DNA from: a virus
DNA length: 64,000 nucleotides
Direction: 5' to 3' (one strand)
IMG/VR virus record: IMGVR_UViG_3300005613_000053
Coordinates: 4,156 to 68,155 of that record
Below, in pieces: positions 9,797 through 18,884 of this stretch. The first letter of the stretch is position 1. Each line of letters begins with the position of its first letter. A program made the translations under genes and the position numbers. The notes beneath the pieces were generated by a model. That model was not told the DNA's origin, ran no database searches, and was given only the letters and a program-made list of their open reading frames with translations.

Positions 9797-10594
9797 CTAA
9801 TAAGGTCCTTGATTAGGCTTCCATCCCCTAAGCCTTCCAGTCAAAAACGGAATACCATGCGCTCCAGAACTACCGCCCCCACCTCTAATTCCATCAAAAT
9901 AGAACCTTGTCGGCGGAGCAAGATAATTACCGGTCTTGAACTTCTCATTCTGCATAGCATTATCAGCCCTCTGCTCAGCATTGCTCTTCAATGTCTCCAA
10001 CTGACCAACAACATCACCACCGCCACCATCAATCTCATTAGGCCCTATCGCAAATATCAGCCTGTATCTCCACAGGTCATAATCCAAAAGCAATTTCTCC
10101 ATACACATCGCAAAAGCCAGGTCAGTCATCACACCTTCCCAATTTGTCGGAGCACTATTTACTGTATAATCCGTCGGAGGACCAAATGCAGTCGTATTGA
10201 TAATCGACACAGCAGCCGTATAGAACCCCTCCAAAATCTCCGCCCTGAAATAATCAAACCAGTAATCAGCCTCTACTGTATCCCTCGGCCTAGTATCAGC
10301 ACCCGTATCAACAACACCAACCTGAAAAGTACCATTATCATAATCTATATTCGTAACAGTAGCAGACGACACCAAAACACCATTCTTCCTTATTCTTAAA
10401 GGAGCATCAGACAACCAATTACCATATGTCACTCCCCATGTAACCAGGTCATCAGGACTGAGGTTACAAGGCTCATCATGTATGCAAATCTGCCTAAAAG
10501 ACATCAACCTCGGTGTCATTAAGTCATCAATCAAATGATTAAACTTAGCCGAACTTGCTACTCCTGTTGGTATATAAGTGCCTGGAAAAGTCAT
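9797..10594 (-). CDS. Putative neck/head-completion protein
   Basis: Position; beta domain followed by an adaptor-like helical domain. Confidence 0.5.
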   Translation of the reverse strand: MTFPGTYIPTGVASSAKFNHLIDDLMTPRLMSFRQICIHDEPCNLSPDDLVTWGVTYGNWLSDAPLRIRKNGVLVSSATVTNIDYDNGTFQVGVVDTGADTRPRDTVEADYWFDYFRAEILEGFYTAAVSIINTTAFGPPTDYTVNSAPTNWEGVMTDLAFAMCMEKLLLDYDLWRYRLIFAIGPNEIDGGGGDVVGQLETLKSNAEQRADNAMQNEKFKTGNYLAPPTRFYFDGIRGGGGSSGAHGIPFLTGRLRGWKPNQGPY

Positions 10595-11250
10595 AGTTTT
10601 TCTCCCTCATAATACTCAAGATATGCAGCCCCCTTACGTAGAATGTCTGGATTCTTGCCATTACCTATCATCCTATTACATCCATTACACAACAAAGCAC
10701 GAACAGCCCCCGTAGAATGGTCATGGTCAACATTAGCCACCTTAGCTTTGTTCTGGCTTCTCATTTCTATCCTTTCGCTACAAATTGCACACCTACCATC
10801 CTGCTTCTTATACATGGTTCGATAGTTGGAATAAGTAAATCCAATGATACCATACTTCTTCCAGCATCTCTCTTTCTCCGCCTCATAATTTTTAGGGTCA
10901 TCAAGACGCTTCATATCCGATTCTTTCCGAGCTAATACGCAGACCTCACATCTGCACCCATAAATCGAATACCCAGTCAATCCGTGTTCTGGAGGCTCCT
11001 TACCCCTAAGTCCAGCCTTATACTCATCTCTTTTCTGCTTCCGAGCCTCCACACACACATCACACCGACATCCATACACAGAATAGCTTTGAGAAGTTCC
11101 ATGCTCCGGCGGCTCTGTACCTTGCAACCTCTCACGCCTCTTTCTGGATACCTCCCGCTTTGCATCACGACAAATATCACATCTACACCCAGTATTATAG
11201 CCGTATTGCCCATGCTTGACATCTTTCGTTGTTCCCGGGAATACCGCCAT
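10591..11250 (-). CDS. Endonuclease VII-family homing endonuclease with three HG..Y..GCRCxxC repeats
   Basis: QDGRCAIC..VDHDHSTGAVRALLCNGCN. Confidence 0.9.
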   Translation of the reverse strand: MAVFPGTTKDVKHGQYGYNTGCRCDICRDAKREVSRKRRERLQGTEPPEHGTSQSYSVYGCRCDVCVEARKQKRDEYKAGLRGKEPPEHGLTGYSIYGCRCEVCVLARKESDMKRLDDPKNYEAEKERCWKKYGIIGFTYSNYRTMYKKQDGRCAICSERIEMRSQNKAKVANVDHDHSTGAVRALLCNGCNRMIGNGKNPDILRKGAAYLEYYEGEKL

Positions 11251-11252
11251 GA

Positions 11253-11630
11253 TTAATCCTCCAACTCTCGCTTCATAAACTTCACCATCTCATCAGGCGT
11301 CATCTTCATCCCAATCTTAATCAATCCAATAGAACTATCCGGCCAGTTATCAGCCAATTTCACAGAAGCCACCTCATATGTAGCTCCACCCCACTTCTTC
11401 ACAAAACCATTCAGAGACTTTGCCAAATCCTTAAAATCTGCCTTTACCTCTGCCTTATCCTGCTCATTTCCATAAGACAAATAATGAATCCTCGCCTCTA
11501 TAAAATCCTTACCCTTAGATACCGAAATAGTTCTCTCATAGTTATCAGTCTTCTTACTACCCAGACCCATACCAGAACTCAACTCCTTAGCAGCCAAAAC
11601 CAACTCTCTCGCTATGATATCATTCCTCAT
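11253..11630 (-). CDS. Tagged hypothetical protein (MRNDIIARELVLAAKEL)
   Basis: Shared N-terminal motif; ATGA overlap with upstream gene. Confidence 0.75.
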   Translation of the reverse strand: MRNDIIARELVLAAKELSSGMGLGSKKTDNYERTISVSKGKDFIEARIHYLSYGNEQDKAEVKADFKDLAKSLNGFVKKWGGATYEVASVKLADNWPDSSIGLIKIGMKMTPDEMVKFMKRELED

Positions 11631-12337
11631 GTCAAGTCCCTCAATCTCAAAGTTCCCTTTTCATCAGGCCAGTAACCCGGAGTAACTATCTTCTTCTCAC
11701 TCGGACCCCACTCAAAAATATCCAGAAATTCAATCATCCCGCGCGGTCCCTGGCCGCCATAACCAAACGAAAATCCCTTAAATACATGCGACGCCTTAGA
11801 ACCATCGACAGCTCTCTTGAAATAAGCCTTAGTCGTCCACTCAGCTTTACCTCTATCATACTGGAAAGTTCCACCCAGAAGGTCATAACCAGCATCTTTT
11901 ATTCTCCTGGCATTCTCCAGACTATCCCTCGTCGCCCCATCCTTCTTCAACTGTAAAGGCCTTATTACCGTAAAATCACTCTTTACAGCCACCTTATCAC
12001 TGGCAATCCTCTTTATCCTGAAAGCCCCTGTCTTCTCCAGCAACTTCTCCAGCTTGCCATAACTTCCCCTCGACCTCGAAAAAGCATTCCCTACGACCTG
12101 AGGAGCATTCTTCAACCTGAGTTCCATCACACGGTCACGCCACCTGATACTCCTGAAATCCTCACTCTTATGAGGGCCCCTTACGAAAATAGCATCCAAA
12201 TTGTCACTAACCCAGAAATCCTTACCACCAGAATACTTAGGACTGAACTGAACCGCTCCCCTCAACTCATCGAGAGAAACCTTATCAGAAACCAAGTCTC
12301 TTGCGACCTTAACCAGTTCCATGGCAATCCTGTCCAT
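11627..12337 (-). CDS. Tagged two-domain hypothetical protein (MDRIAMELVKVARDL)
   Basis: Shared motif; internal RIAS linker; C-terminal GFSFGYGGQGP. Confidence 0.75.
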   Translation of the reverse strand: MDRIAMELVKVARDLVSDKVSLDELRGAVQFSPKYSGGKDFWVSDNLDAIFVRGPHKSEDFRSIRWRDRVMELRLKNAPQVVGNAFSRSRGSYGKLEKLLEKTGAFRIKRIASDKVAVKSDFTVIRPLQLKKDGATRDSLENARRIKDAGYDLLGGTFQYDRGKAEWTTKAYFKRAVDGSKASHVFKGFSFGYGGQGPRGMIEFLDIFEWGPSEKKIVTPGYWPDEKGTLRLRDLT

Positions 12338-12347
12338 AACATTCTCC

Positions 12348-12737
12348 TTAGCTCACATACGCTGCTAGGTCATACCTATCCCAAGGGTCTTTAACAGAAC
12401 CCGCAGCCATAGCCATTATCACACCATGCAATTTTTTAAATCTTCCATTCTTATCATCAAAATAAACTTCGAACTTCCATTCCTTTGCATTCGGCTCTCC
12501 GGTGTCCCTATCTTTTATATATCTTGCACCCTTAAGTTCCCAGTTTATTACTGCACTATCCATCACCTTCCAAAGCCTATCAACTGCTCCCCATCCAACA
12601 TCCTTAAACAAACCCTTGGAATACTTAGACAGCAAAGAATTAACCCTATTTACAGCAGTCCTCTTACTCAAACCGTCCAAAGAAGTCTCACCCTCGATAT
12701 ATGAAGCAATTTTCTCAGCTATTCTGTCCTGGTCCAT
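12348..12737 (-). CDS. Hypothetical protein, tag variant (MDQDRIAEKIA)
   Basis: SD, codon bias. Confidence 0.7.
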   Translation of the reverse strand: MDQDRIAEKIASYIEGETSLDGLSKRTAVNRVNSLLSKYSKGLFKDVGWGAVDRLWKVMDSAVINWELKGARYIKDRDTGEPNAKEWKFEVYFDDKNGRFKKLHGVIMAMAAGSVKDPWDRYDLAAYVS

Positions 12738-12739
12738 AC

Positions 12740-13126
12740 CTACCTCACATTAAACTTAGCAACCCCATCCTCCGATACACCCTTCAACTTATACTTCGGG
12801 CTGTACCTGGACTGTAAATACTTCAAAAGCTCACTTGCCTTCTTCTCATCCATGTTCGCAACCTGCATCTTTGCAGAGGTAACAAACCTTGAACCTCTAT
12901 ACTGTCCCAGGGATACTTTCAGTCCCTGAACTGAAAGCCCCTTACTCTTTAGGTCTTTTATCAAAGTTTTATGTAAGTGGTCAGAGGCCTCATTTTCCCA
13001 CTGGTCTTTAATGCCCTTGATTTTCTGACGGACATCAAAGAAAACGGCCGAAAACAAATCTTCCGGCCGCTTCTTTGCAGTAAGCACACAAACCGCCACT
13101 CTATCAGCAATGGCGCCTCTTTTCAT
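12740..13126 (-). CDS. Hypothetical protein, tag variant (MKRGAIADRVA)
   Basis: GGAGG SD. Confidence 0.7.
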   Translation of the reverse strand: MKRGAIADRVAVCVLTAKKRPEDLFSAVFFDVRQKIKGIKDQWENEASDHLHKTLIKDLKSKGLSVQGLKVSLGQYRGSRFVTSAKMQVANMDEKKASELLKYLQSRYSPKYKLKGVSEDGVAKFNVR

Positions 13127-13145
13127 TACAACCTCCTACATGACA

Positions 13146-13412
13146 TTATGTGAAGCACATAGCCTTCAACGACCTCAAGTTATCTATAAACTTTCTCGCT
13201 TTGACTGTCCCGTTCCCCCCGAAATATGAGGCCTTTATCTGCCCCAGTTTCCCCTCCGGGATATTAAAAACGAAGACAACCTTTTTCCCGCCATCTGGAG
13301 TCTTCTGCGATTCAGCAGTCTCCAACGGAAAATCGAGAGAGCATAGATAGGCCGAGAAATATATGTCAGATGTCCTATATAACTTTACATCACCCATCCC
13401 GCACCTCCTCAT
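13146..13412 (-). CDS. DUF5659-like small protein
   Basis: YRTSDIYFSAYL..VVFVF pattern; start may be the internal Met. Confidence 0.55.
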   Translation of the reverse strand: MRRCGMGDVKLYRTSDIYFSAYLCSLDFPLETAESQKTPDGGKKVVFVFNIPEGKLGQIKASYFGGNGTVKARKFIDNLRSLKAMCFT

Positions 13413-13699
13413 ACCTCTCTTATGTCACCGTTACCATAGTCATGAGCCACAGTTTTCAAAGGGCCGTCACCGTGTTCTTTCCTCATCCTCTTGCCGGCAT
13501 CCTCATTCCTCTTGGTCATTTCCTTATTGAACGACTCCTTCTTACTTGGCCATCCACCACCTTTTAGTATGAAACTACAGTTATCATACGTCCTTTTAGC
13601 GGTTTCCCCACAGTCACAGGCTACTTCCCGAGGCGCTTTGCCTATCGGGAAGTCCCTGTCAAACTGCCCACACTTTTCGCATTCATAGCCGAACAGCAT
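13409..13699 (-). CDS. FmdB-family zinc-ribbon protein
   Basis: YECEKCG..CDCG..FILKGGGW. Confidence 0.8.
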   Translation of the reverse strand: MLFGYECEKCGQFDRDFPIGKAPREVACDCGETAKRTYDNCSFILKGGGWPSKKESFNKEMTKRNEDAGKRMRKEHGDGPLKTVAHDYGNGDIREV

Positions 13700-13703
13700 G
13701 GCT

Positions 13704-14645
13704 CTACTCCCGCCCTGTAACGGCATCTGCCGTCTTTTCATCAGTCACAGGCACCCTGTCCACACCATCCTGCATCGCGGCCTTTTTAGCCTGCAAAGCA
13801 GCAATCTGAGCATCAATATCAGACTCAGTCTCCTCAGCAACCATCCCCTGCACTGGAGGTGCCTCAGAACTACCCTCAGGAGCCCCAGAATCGCCCTCAG
13901 GAGCCTCATCGGCTACTTTCGGACTCTCTATACCATTAGCCTCTCTGTTGGCCTCTATTTCCTTCCTACGGGCTTCTTTTTCGGCCTCTACCTGCTCAGT
14001 CTTGGCTTCAACAGCCTCACGACTCGGAAGTGGCTGACCAGCATTCATAGCAGCAGCTTTACTTCCACCGCTTATACTACAAGTACCATCATCCTGGACA
14101 ACCTCCATAGTCACCTTTTCCTTGAGCCTGGCCCTCTCAGCAATCGACTTAAGGTCATTCTTGCCCTCGAGTCTGGCCAATCTCTCCCTGACATCCTCAT
14201 CACCACGGATGACTTCCATCTTGCCATCCTTTTCACGGTTTTTGGCTGCCTCCCTGGCTTCTTCCTTGGCCTCGTTATTCCTCTTAGACACCTGAGTATC
14301 ACGTATGTCGATTGACTCCTGCAAATCCTCATCAGAATTCACAATCTCCATGTCACCAACCTTACGGTCCTTCTTAGACTCAGGCAAAACCTTCTCGGTG
14401 TCCATATTCCTTACAGCATCCAAGGTCTCTTCCGAGTAAGGCAGAATCCACGGTTCTTCCGGGTTATTCTCTGCCTGCCTCTTTAGAATGTCCAGGTCTC
14501 TTGTGTCATCGAACTTGCGCCCGTCCACAATAAGCCTTTTATTCGCCTTATCATGCTCTATGACTGCTCCAGCACCAAAAGTCTCCTTTATGTAACCCAG
14601 GTGCAACTCCCTCCTTGTCAGAATGAACTTTTCACTCTCACTCAT
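13704..14645 (-). CDS. Acidic hypothetical protein
   Basis: Strong AGGAGG SD; repeated MExVxxD motifs. Confidence 0.75.
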   Translation of the reverse strand: MSESEKFILTRRELHLGYIKETFGAGAVIEHDKANKRLIVDGRKFDDTRDLDILKRQAENNPEEPWILPYSEETLDAVRNMDTEKVLPESKKDRKVGDMEIVNSDEDLQESIDIRDTQVSKRNNEAKEEAREAAKNREKDGKMEVIRGDEDVRERLARLEGKNDLKSIAERARLKEKVTMEVVQDDGTCSISGGSKAAAMNAGQPLPSREAVEAKTEQVEAEKEARRKEIEANREANGIESPKVADEAPEGDSGAPEGSSEAPPVQGMVAEETESDIDAQIAALQAKKAAMQDGVDRVPVTDEKTADAVTGRE

Positions 14646-14721
14646 TTTCCATCCTCCTTCATCTTGTGTTATATTGCCAGACCTTCATGGCCCGCTTTCT
14701 TCCCCGGCACCATACCGGAAA

Positions 14722-15417
14722 TCATCCAATCATAAACGGTATATTAGACGGCGCTATCTTCTTCGTCTGCTTCCTGCCATCAGGACCCTGCGCCACCACG
14801 GTTATGATATCATTCTCATTCTTTGCAGAACTATTCACCTTCAACTTATAAGTGATATCCTGCTTATTCACAAAAGTCTTCTTGTCATAAACCTTCTTGG
14901 CCGCTTTAACCTGCATCCATACCTCAAGGCGGTCATCCCCTACAAGTTTACCAAGCTCTTTCTGATACCTATTAAGAAAATAAGTCTCAGCAGTAGTATC
15001 ATACATGATAGGCTTCTCAGCAAGAAGTTCCTTCGCAACCTTCACAAGTTCTGAAGCCATCTTTGTCTTCATCATATGATAACCTACCCACTCATCCTCA
15101 ACAGGGCCCAAAACAGCACGACCAAAATGCTCCCACTTGTCAAATAAGTCATTCTTACCATCCCTACTCAACATCTTAACCACATCCTGATATTTACCAG
15201 AAGCTATCTCATAGAAATAAGGAAGTTCTTCCATCCTCTTAATTACTTTCCTACCCGAAGGAAGATTCATCAACTCCTTCTTAACAGCCTTCCAGTTCAC
15301 ATCATCTATACGCCAGATACTATTAAGAATTGTAATCAGGCCACTAATACCTTTATCCCTTGACCTATAAAGCTCCCTATAGAGCTCTCTTAATTCCTTA
15401 TCACTATATCTGGCCAT
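14722..15417 (-). CDS. Two-domain protein with internal tag (KMASELVKVAKEL)
   Basis: ORF; tag motif near 15060. Confidence 0.7.
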   Translation of the reverse strand: MARYSDKELRELYRELYRSRDKGISGLITILNSIWRIDDVNWKAVKKELMNLPSGRKVIKRMEELPYFYEIASGKYQDVVKMLSRDGKNDLFDKWEHFGRAVLGPVEDEWVGYHMMKTKMASELVKVAKELLAEKPIMYDTTAETYFLNRYQKELGKLVGDDRLEVWMQVKAAKKVYDKKTFVNKQDITYKLKVNSSAKNENDIITVVAQGPDGRKQTKKIAPSNIPFMIG

Positions 15418-15425
15418 AACAAACC

Positions 15426-15794
15426 TCAAATCTTTTTAGCAAGTTCAACTATGCTCTGATACTCCTTCGGTTCCCCGAAATCTTCTTCATCCTGTTTCGC
15501 GAACTCCCCAATCCTTTTCTTCATAGCCTTCGCACACTCTTTGTAATACTTCCTCTTAGCAGAATCAAAATCATTAAACAAACTATCATCACCAAGAATA
15601 GAATACATAGCATCATGCGGGTCAGGCTTCTTTACGGTAGGCTCCTCGCCACCCTTCATATTCTTATACATCAATTCTAACAACTTCACATGGAGAGGAC
15701 TCCGAGGCAAGCTCCAAGTACCAGCAGTCATCTCTTTAGCTGCCGTCACCAATTCTCTTGCTACTCTTTGTTTATTCATCTCAATCTCCATCAT
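15426..15794 (-). CDS. Tagged hypothetical protein (MNKQRVARELVTAAKEM)
   Basis: Shared motif. Confidence 0.75.
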   Translation of the reverse strand: MMEIEMNKQRVARELVTAAKEMTAGTWSLPRSPLHVKLLELMYKNMKGGEEPTVKKPDPHDAMYSILGDDSLFNDFDSAKRKYYKECAKAMKKRIGEFAKQDEEDFGEPKEYQSIVELAKKI

Positions 15795-16084
15795 TAAACA
15801 GGCAAGTGCTTCTTAACAACTCTCGTCAATTCAGTCTGTAGGTCTGAAAACAACTCCAGATATCTTCCATCATCAATCAACGGTGTAAGATTGCCCTCAA
15901 AAGGCTTCTTTGATAGCGTCTTCAACTGCTTTATAGCATAATCCCTATCACCAACCAGGTAACGAGCAAAAACATCACCTATAATAGAATAAACGTCTGC
16001 CCTACGCTCCATTGCAGCATCAGCATTCTCAATATCTTTTGCTACCTTAACCAGTTCTTTAGCTACTCTTTTCTCGTCCATCAT
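15794..16084 (-). CDS. Tagged hypothetical protein (MDEKRVAKELVKVAKDI)
   Basis: AGGAGG SD; preceded by a GGGCGGCC-UUCG-GGUCGCCC hairpin. Confidence 0.75.
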   Translation of the reverse strand: MMDEKRVAKELVKVAKDIENADAAMERRADVYSIIGDVFARYLVGDRDYAIKQLKTLSKKPFEGNLTPLIDDGRYLELFSDLQTELTRVVKKHLPV

Positions 16085-16134
16085 AAACCTCCTGAGGAAC
16101 GGGCGACCCGAAGGCCGCCCATACCAAACCATCC

Positions 16135-16548
16135 TTACGGAATGGAAACAGTAGAACCACTGACTCCACCAAACAGCGGGCCTGTTCCATAACGCCTCTC
16201 GCCTGTAGCAGCGATAAGCGTATCAACATAACCCTTCTCTGCGTCAGTCAGAGGAGTTTTATCCAGGTCACGCCCGACAGCACCCAACATCTCAATAAGA
16301 ACATGTGTCGGCTCAGCATCAATATCACCAAGGTAATTTGACGCAGAAGCAGTCACTGAACGCTTATTGAAAGTTGTAGCAAGCCACGACCTTGTACCGG
16401 TCTGTGTCTGCGGATTCCAAATCAGCTTCAAGAAAGTCTTGATAGCTGCGAGTTCAGAACCTGTCGGCTCAGTTATCCTTGCATTCCTGGCAATATTCCA
16501 CACCCAACGTGCATACTGCCACCAACTTGCACTACTTGTTCCGGCCAT
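16135..16548 (-). CDS. Hypothetical protein, probably virion-associated
   Basis: AAGGAGG SD; structured leader. Confidence 0.7.
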   Translation of the reverse strand: MAGTSSASWWQYARWVWNIARNARITEPTGSELAAIKTFLKLIWNPQTQTGTRSWLATTFNKRSVTASASNYLGDIDAEPTHVLIEMLGAVGRDLDKTPLTDAEKGYVDTLIAATGERRYGTGPLFGGVSGSTVSIP

Positions 16549-16652
16549 GATGGGCCTCCTTTCGTTTTTCCGCCCTTAGAGGTCATACAAACGATAACCT
16601 CAACACAGTCGCGTCATTGCTCCGTGCCGACCCATTTGGGCATAGGGTCAAA
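16549..16652 (-). promoter_or_regulatory. Structured 5' leader with two potential pseudoknots
   Basis: GACCC/GGGUC stem with loop UGCC able to pair with the following GGCA; GAGGUUAU/AUGACCUC stem with loop CGUUU able to pair with AAACG next to the SD. Confidence 0.45.
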
Positions 16653-16654
16653 AC

Positions 16655-16939
16655 CTACTTAAGCATCTTATACAACTTGTGAAATAAATCCTGCATCACT
16701 TTCATTTCTGCGACAGTGTTTTCAGACCTCTGTATTGCCTCATCCAGCCTCGCAGTTATTCCCCTCTCATCCGTAATCGACTCTACCTTTTTCTTTACCG
16801 ACTTTAACAATCTCCCCACCTGCTCGGCATTCGTCCTCACATCTATTCTATCAAAACTCCGCAGAAGCCCCGACCCCGACCCAGCAGCCAATAATTTAGC
16901 TATCTCTACCAGCTCTTTTGCTATTTTCTTATTATCCAT
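16655..16939 (-). CDS. Tagged hypothetical protein (MDNKKIAKELVEIAKLL)
   Basis: Shared motif. Confidence 0.75.
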   Translation of the reverse strand: MDNKKIAKELVEIAKLLAAGSGSGLLRSFDRIDVRTNAEQVGRLLKSVKKKVESITDERGITARLDEAIQRSENTVAEMKVMQDLFHKLYKMLK

Positions 16940-16957
16940 TACAAGCCTCCATCAACC

Positions 16958-17332
16958 TCAATATCTTTTCCTCGCACTTTTAAGAGCTGACATAGCAACA
17001 TCCAACATTTTTGGCATAAACTCATTTACCCATAATTCTCCAGTCGGATTGAGCCGGTCATCATCTGAATATTTACCTGCTTGTTTTAACAAATCAGATA
17101 CCATCAAATTAGCCCGTTTTTCAGCATATTGCTCCACCACTTTTTCCCAAAGTTTCTCCCCGGCTTTCTTATCCTTCTTCTTCAGAAAGTCCGGCTTCGG
17201 CTCATTGGTCTTACCGTCGTTGTCCTTATCCTTATTCTTCCACTGCTCCTTGAACTCCGGTGGAACTTTACCCTTGGCCGATATCTCCTTAGCCGCTAAA
17301 ACCAACTCTTTAGCTATTTTCTGTTTATCCAT
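16958..17332 (-). CDS. Tagged hypothetical protein (MDKQKIAKELVLAAKEI)
   Basis: Shared motif; KGKVPPEF motif. Confidence 0.75.
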   Translation of the reverse strand: MDKQKIAKELVLAAKEISAKGKVPPEFKEQWKNKDKDNDGKTNEPKPDFLKKKDKKAGEKLWEKVVEQYAEKRANLMVSDLLKQAGKYSDDDRLNPTGELWVNEFMPKMLDVAMSALKSARKRY

Positions 17333-17341
17333 AATGCTCTC

Positions 17342-17845
17342 CTAAACAATGCCAACCATTTTGCTGTTAATTCTATTCATCAAAGTCGCGACTTCCTTGT
17401 CGTACACTGCCTGTGCCTTGAACATCTTCTCCAGCAAATTGGCTATTAAAAATAAATCTTTGCCTATACTCAGCATCAGTGCCCCATTGGGTTCTCCCAT
17501 TCCGCGATACTGATTGCTTCCGCTGTAAGCCTCTTTGATTTCCTTAGCCAGTCCATAAACCTCACCCATAACACCGTCGGATTGGCGAGTTAAACTTTTT
17601 TTCCCAACAGCGTTCTGAACCGCCCTCGTTAAAACATGCATCTTTTTGGATATTTCCGACAATCGTTCGTCTACCCCTTGTTCGTCAATCAGATTAGCAG
17701 CCTTCTTAACCTTCTTCTTACACTTCACGCAATACTTAGTCTGGTCAAGTACCTTAGAACCGCAATCAGGACACTTAAATGTATCAGCAGCAGCTAAATC
17801 TCTAGCCACAGCTACCAACTCTTTTGCTACCATCTTGTTATTCAT
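17342..17845 (-). CDS. Tagged protein with Zn ribbon (MNNKMVAKELVAVARDL; CPDC..CVKC)
   Basis: Shared motif; two CxxC pairs. Confidence 0.75.
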   Translation of the reverse strand: MNNKMVAKELVAVARDLAAADTFKCPDCGSKVLDQTKYCVKCKKKVKKAANLIDEQGVDERLSEISKKMHVLTRAVQNAVGKKSLTRQSDGVMGEVYGLAKEIKEAYSGSNQYRGMGEPNGALMLSIGKDLFLIANLLEKMFKAQAVYDKEVATLMNRINSKMVGIV

Positions 17846-17855
17846 TTCAATTCTC

Positions 17856-18365
17856 CTACAGAATAGCCTTAGCTACATTGTTCAGCTCAATCGGTCCCAT
17901 ACCATCCAGCTTCTTCACAATCATCTTGCGAATCTTATCCAACGGAGCCTGGGCCTTCTTCAACTGGTCACTGATAAGCTCATTGACGGTATTACCTCCG
18001 CCCTTGGCATTAGTCCACTTGCTCTCAAACGGGAAACCATCCTTTGACTTCCTGTCAGTCGGCTGATGCTTCTTCAAAATGGACTTAATCTTTCCCAGGT
18101 CAGGACTATTCAAAGCCCCTACAGAATACTGAGATACACTGCCCTTATTCCACTTTTGCTCAGAAGCCTCTTTCTCACTATCCTGAACAAGCATCGTCAA
18201 TGACCAGGTCTGAGGACTCAGCATCAACCAAGCCTGTGACATATTAGTAAAACCATCCGAACCATCAGGGCCCCACACACTATGATTAAATCCAATCTGC
18301 CTATCAGCGGAAGTCAACTCCTTAGCTGCCAATATCATCTCTCTTGCTACCATCTCCCTGTCCAT
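17856..18365 (-). CDS. Tagged hypothetical protein (MDREMVAREMILAAKEL)
   Basis: Shared motif. Confidence 0.75.
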   Translation of the reverse strand: MDREMVAREMILAAKELTSADRQIGFNHSVWGPDGSDGFTNMSQAWLMLSPQTWSLTMLVQDSEKEASEQKWNKGSVSQYSVGALNSPDLGKIKSILKKHQPTDRKSKDGFPFESKWTNAKGGGNTVNELISDQLKKAQAPLDKIRKMIVKKLDGMGPIELNNVAKAIL

Positions 18366-18375
18366 GACAGTCCTC

Positions 18376-18840
18376 CTAAAACGCCTTTAACTCCACATCC
18401 ACCAAGTCATCATAACCTTTTCTGACCGCCCTCATGGCTTTATTCTGAAATCCACCAGTCACACTGTTCACCAACTTACTACGCTGAGCAGTCGATTTTG
18501 CTTCCAAAAGTTCCTTCTCCAAATTATCATCAATCATAACCCTCACTTTTGGAAGGTCACTATTGGAGAGACCCCAGTAACTAAGAGACATCGGCATTCC
18601 ACTCTTACCCCAGCCTCCTACTCCCTGATAAGATACTATGAGCTTTTCACCGTCCTTAATATAAATCCTGGCCCAAATCTGCCTCTCATTCCCCATACTA
18701 TCCTTTGTCTTAAGGGAATACTTTAAATACGGCTTTTTCTGGTATTTATTGTACAACTTGAATAATTCCCTGTCCGTTTCTCCCCCGACAAGGTCTTTTG
18801 CTACCTTTAAAAGCTCTTTGGCCACTATTTTGCGATTCAT
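18376..18840 (-). CDS. Tagged hypothetical protein (MNRKIVAKELLKVAKDL)
   Basis: Shared motif; AT-rich promoter-like motif upstream. Confidence 0.75.
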   Translation of the reverse strand: MNRKIVAKELLKVAKDLVGGETDRELFKLYNKYQKKPYLKYSLKTKDSMGNERQIWARIYIKDGEKLIVSYQGVGGWGKSGMPMSLSYWGLSNSDLPKVRVMIDDNLEKELLEAKSTAQRSKLVNSVTGGFQNKAMRAVRKGYDDLVDVELKAF

Positions 18841-18884
18841 AACTTCCTCCTACATATACAAACAATATCAAAAAATCATAAGGA

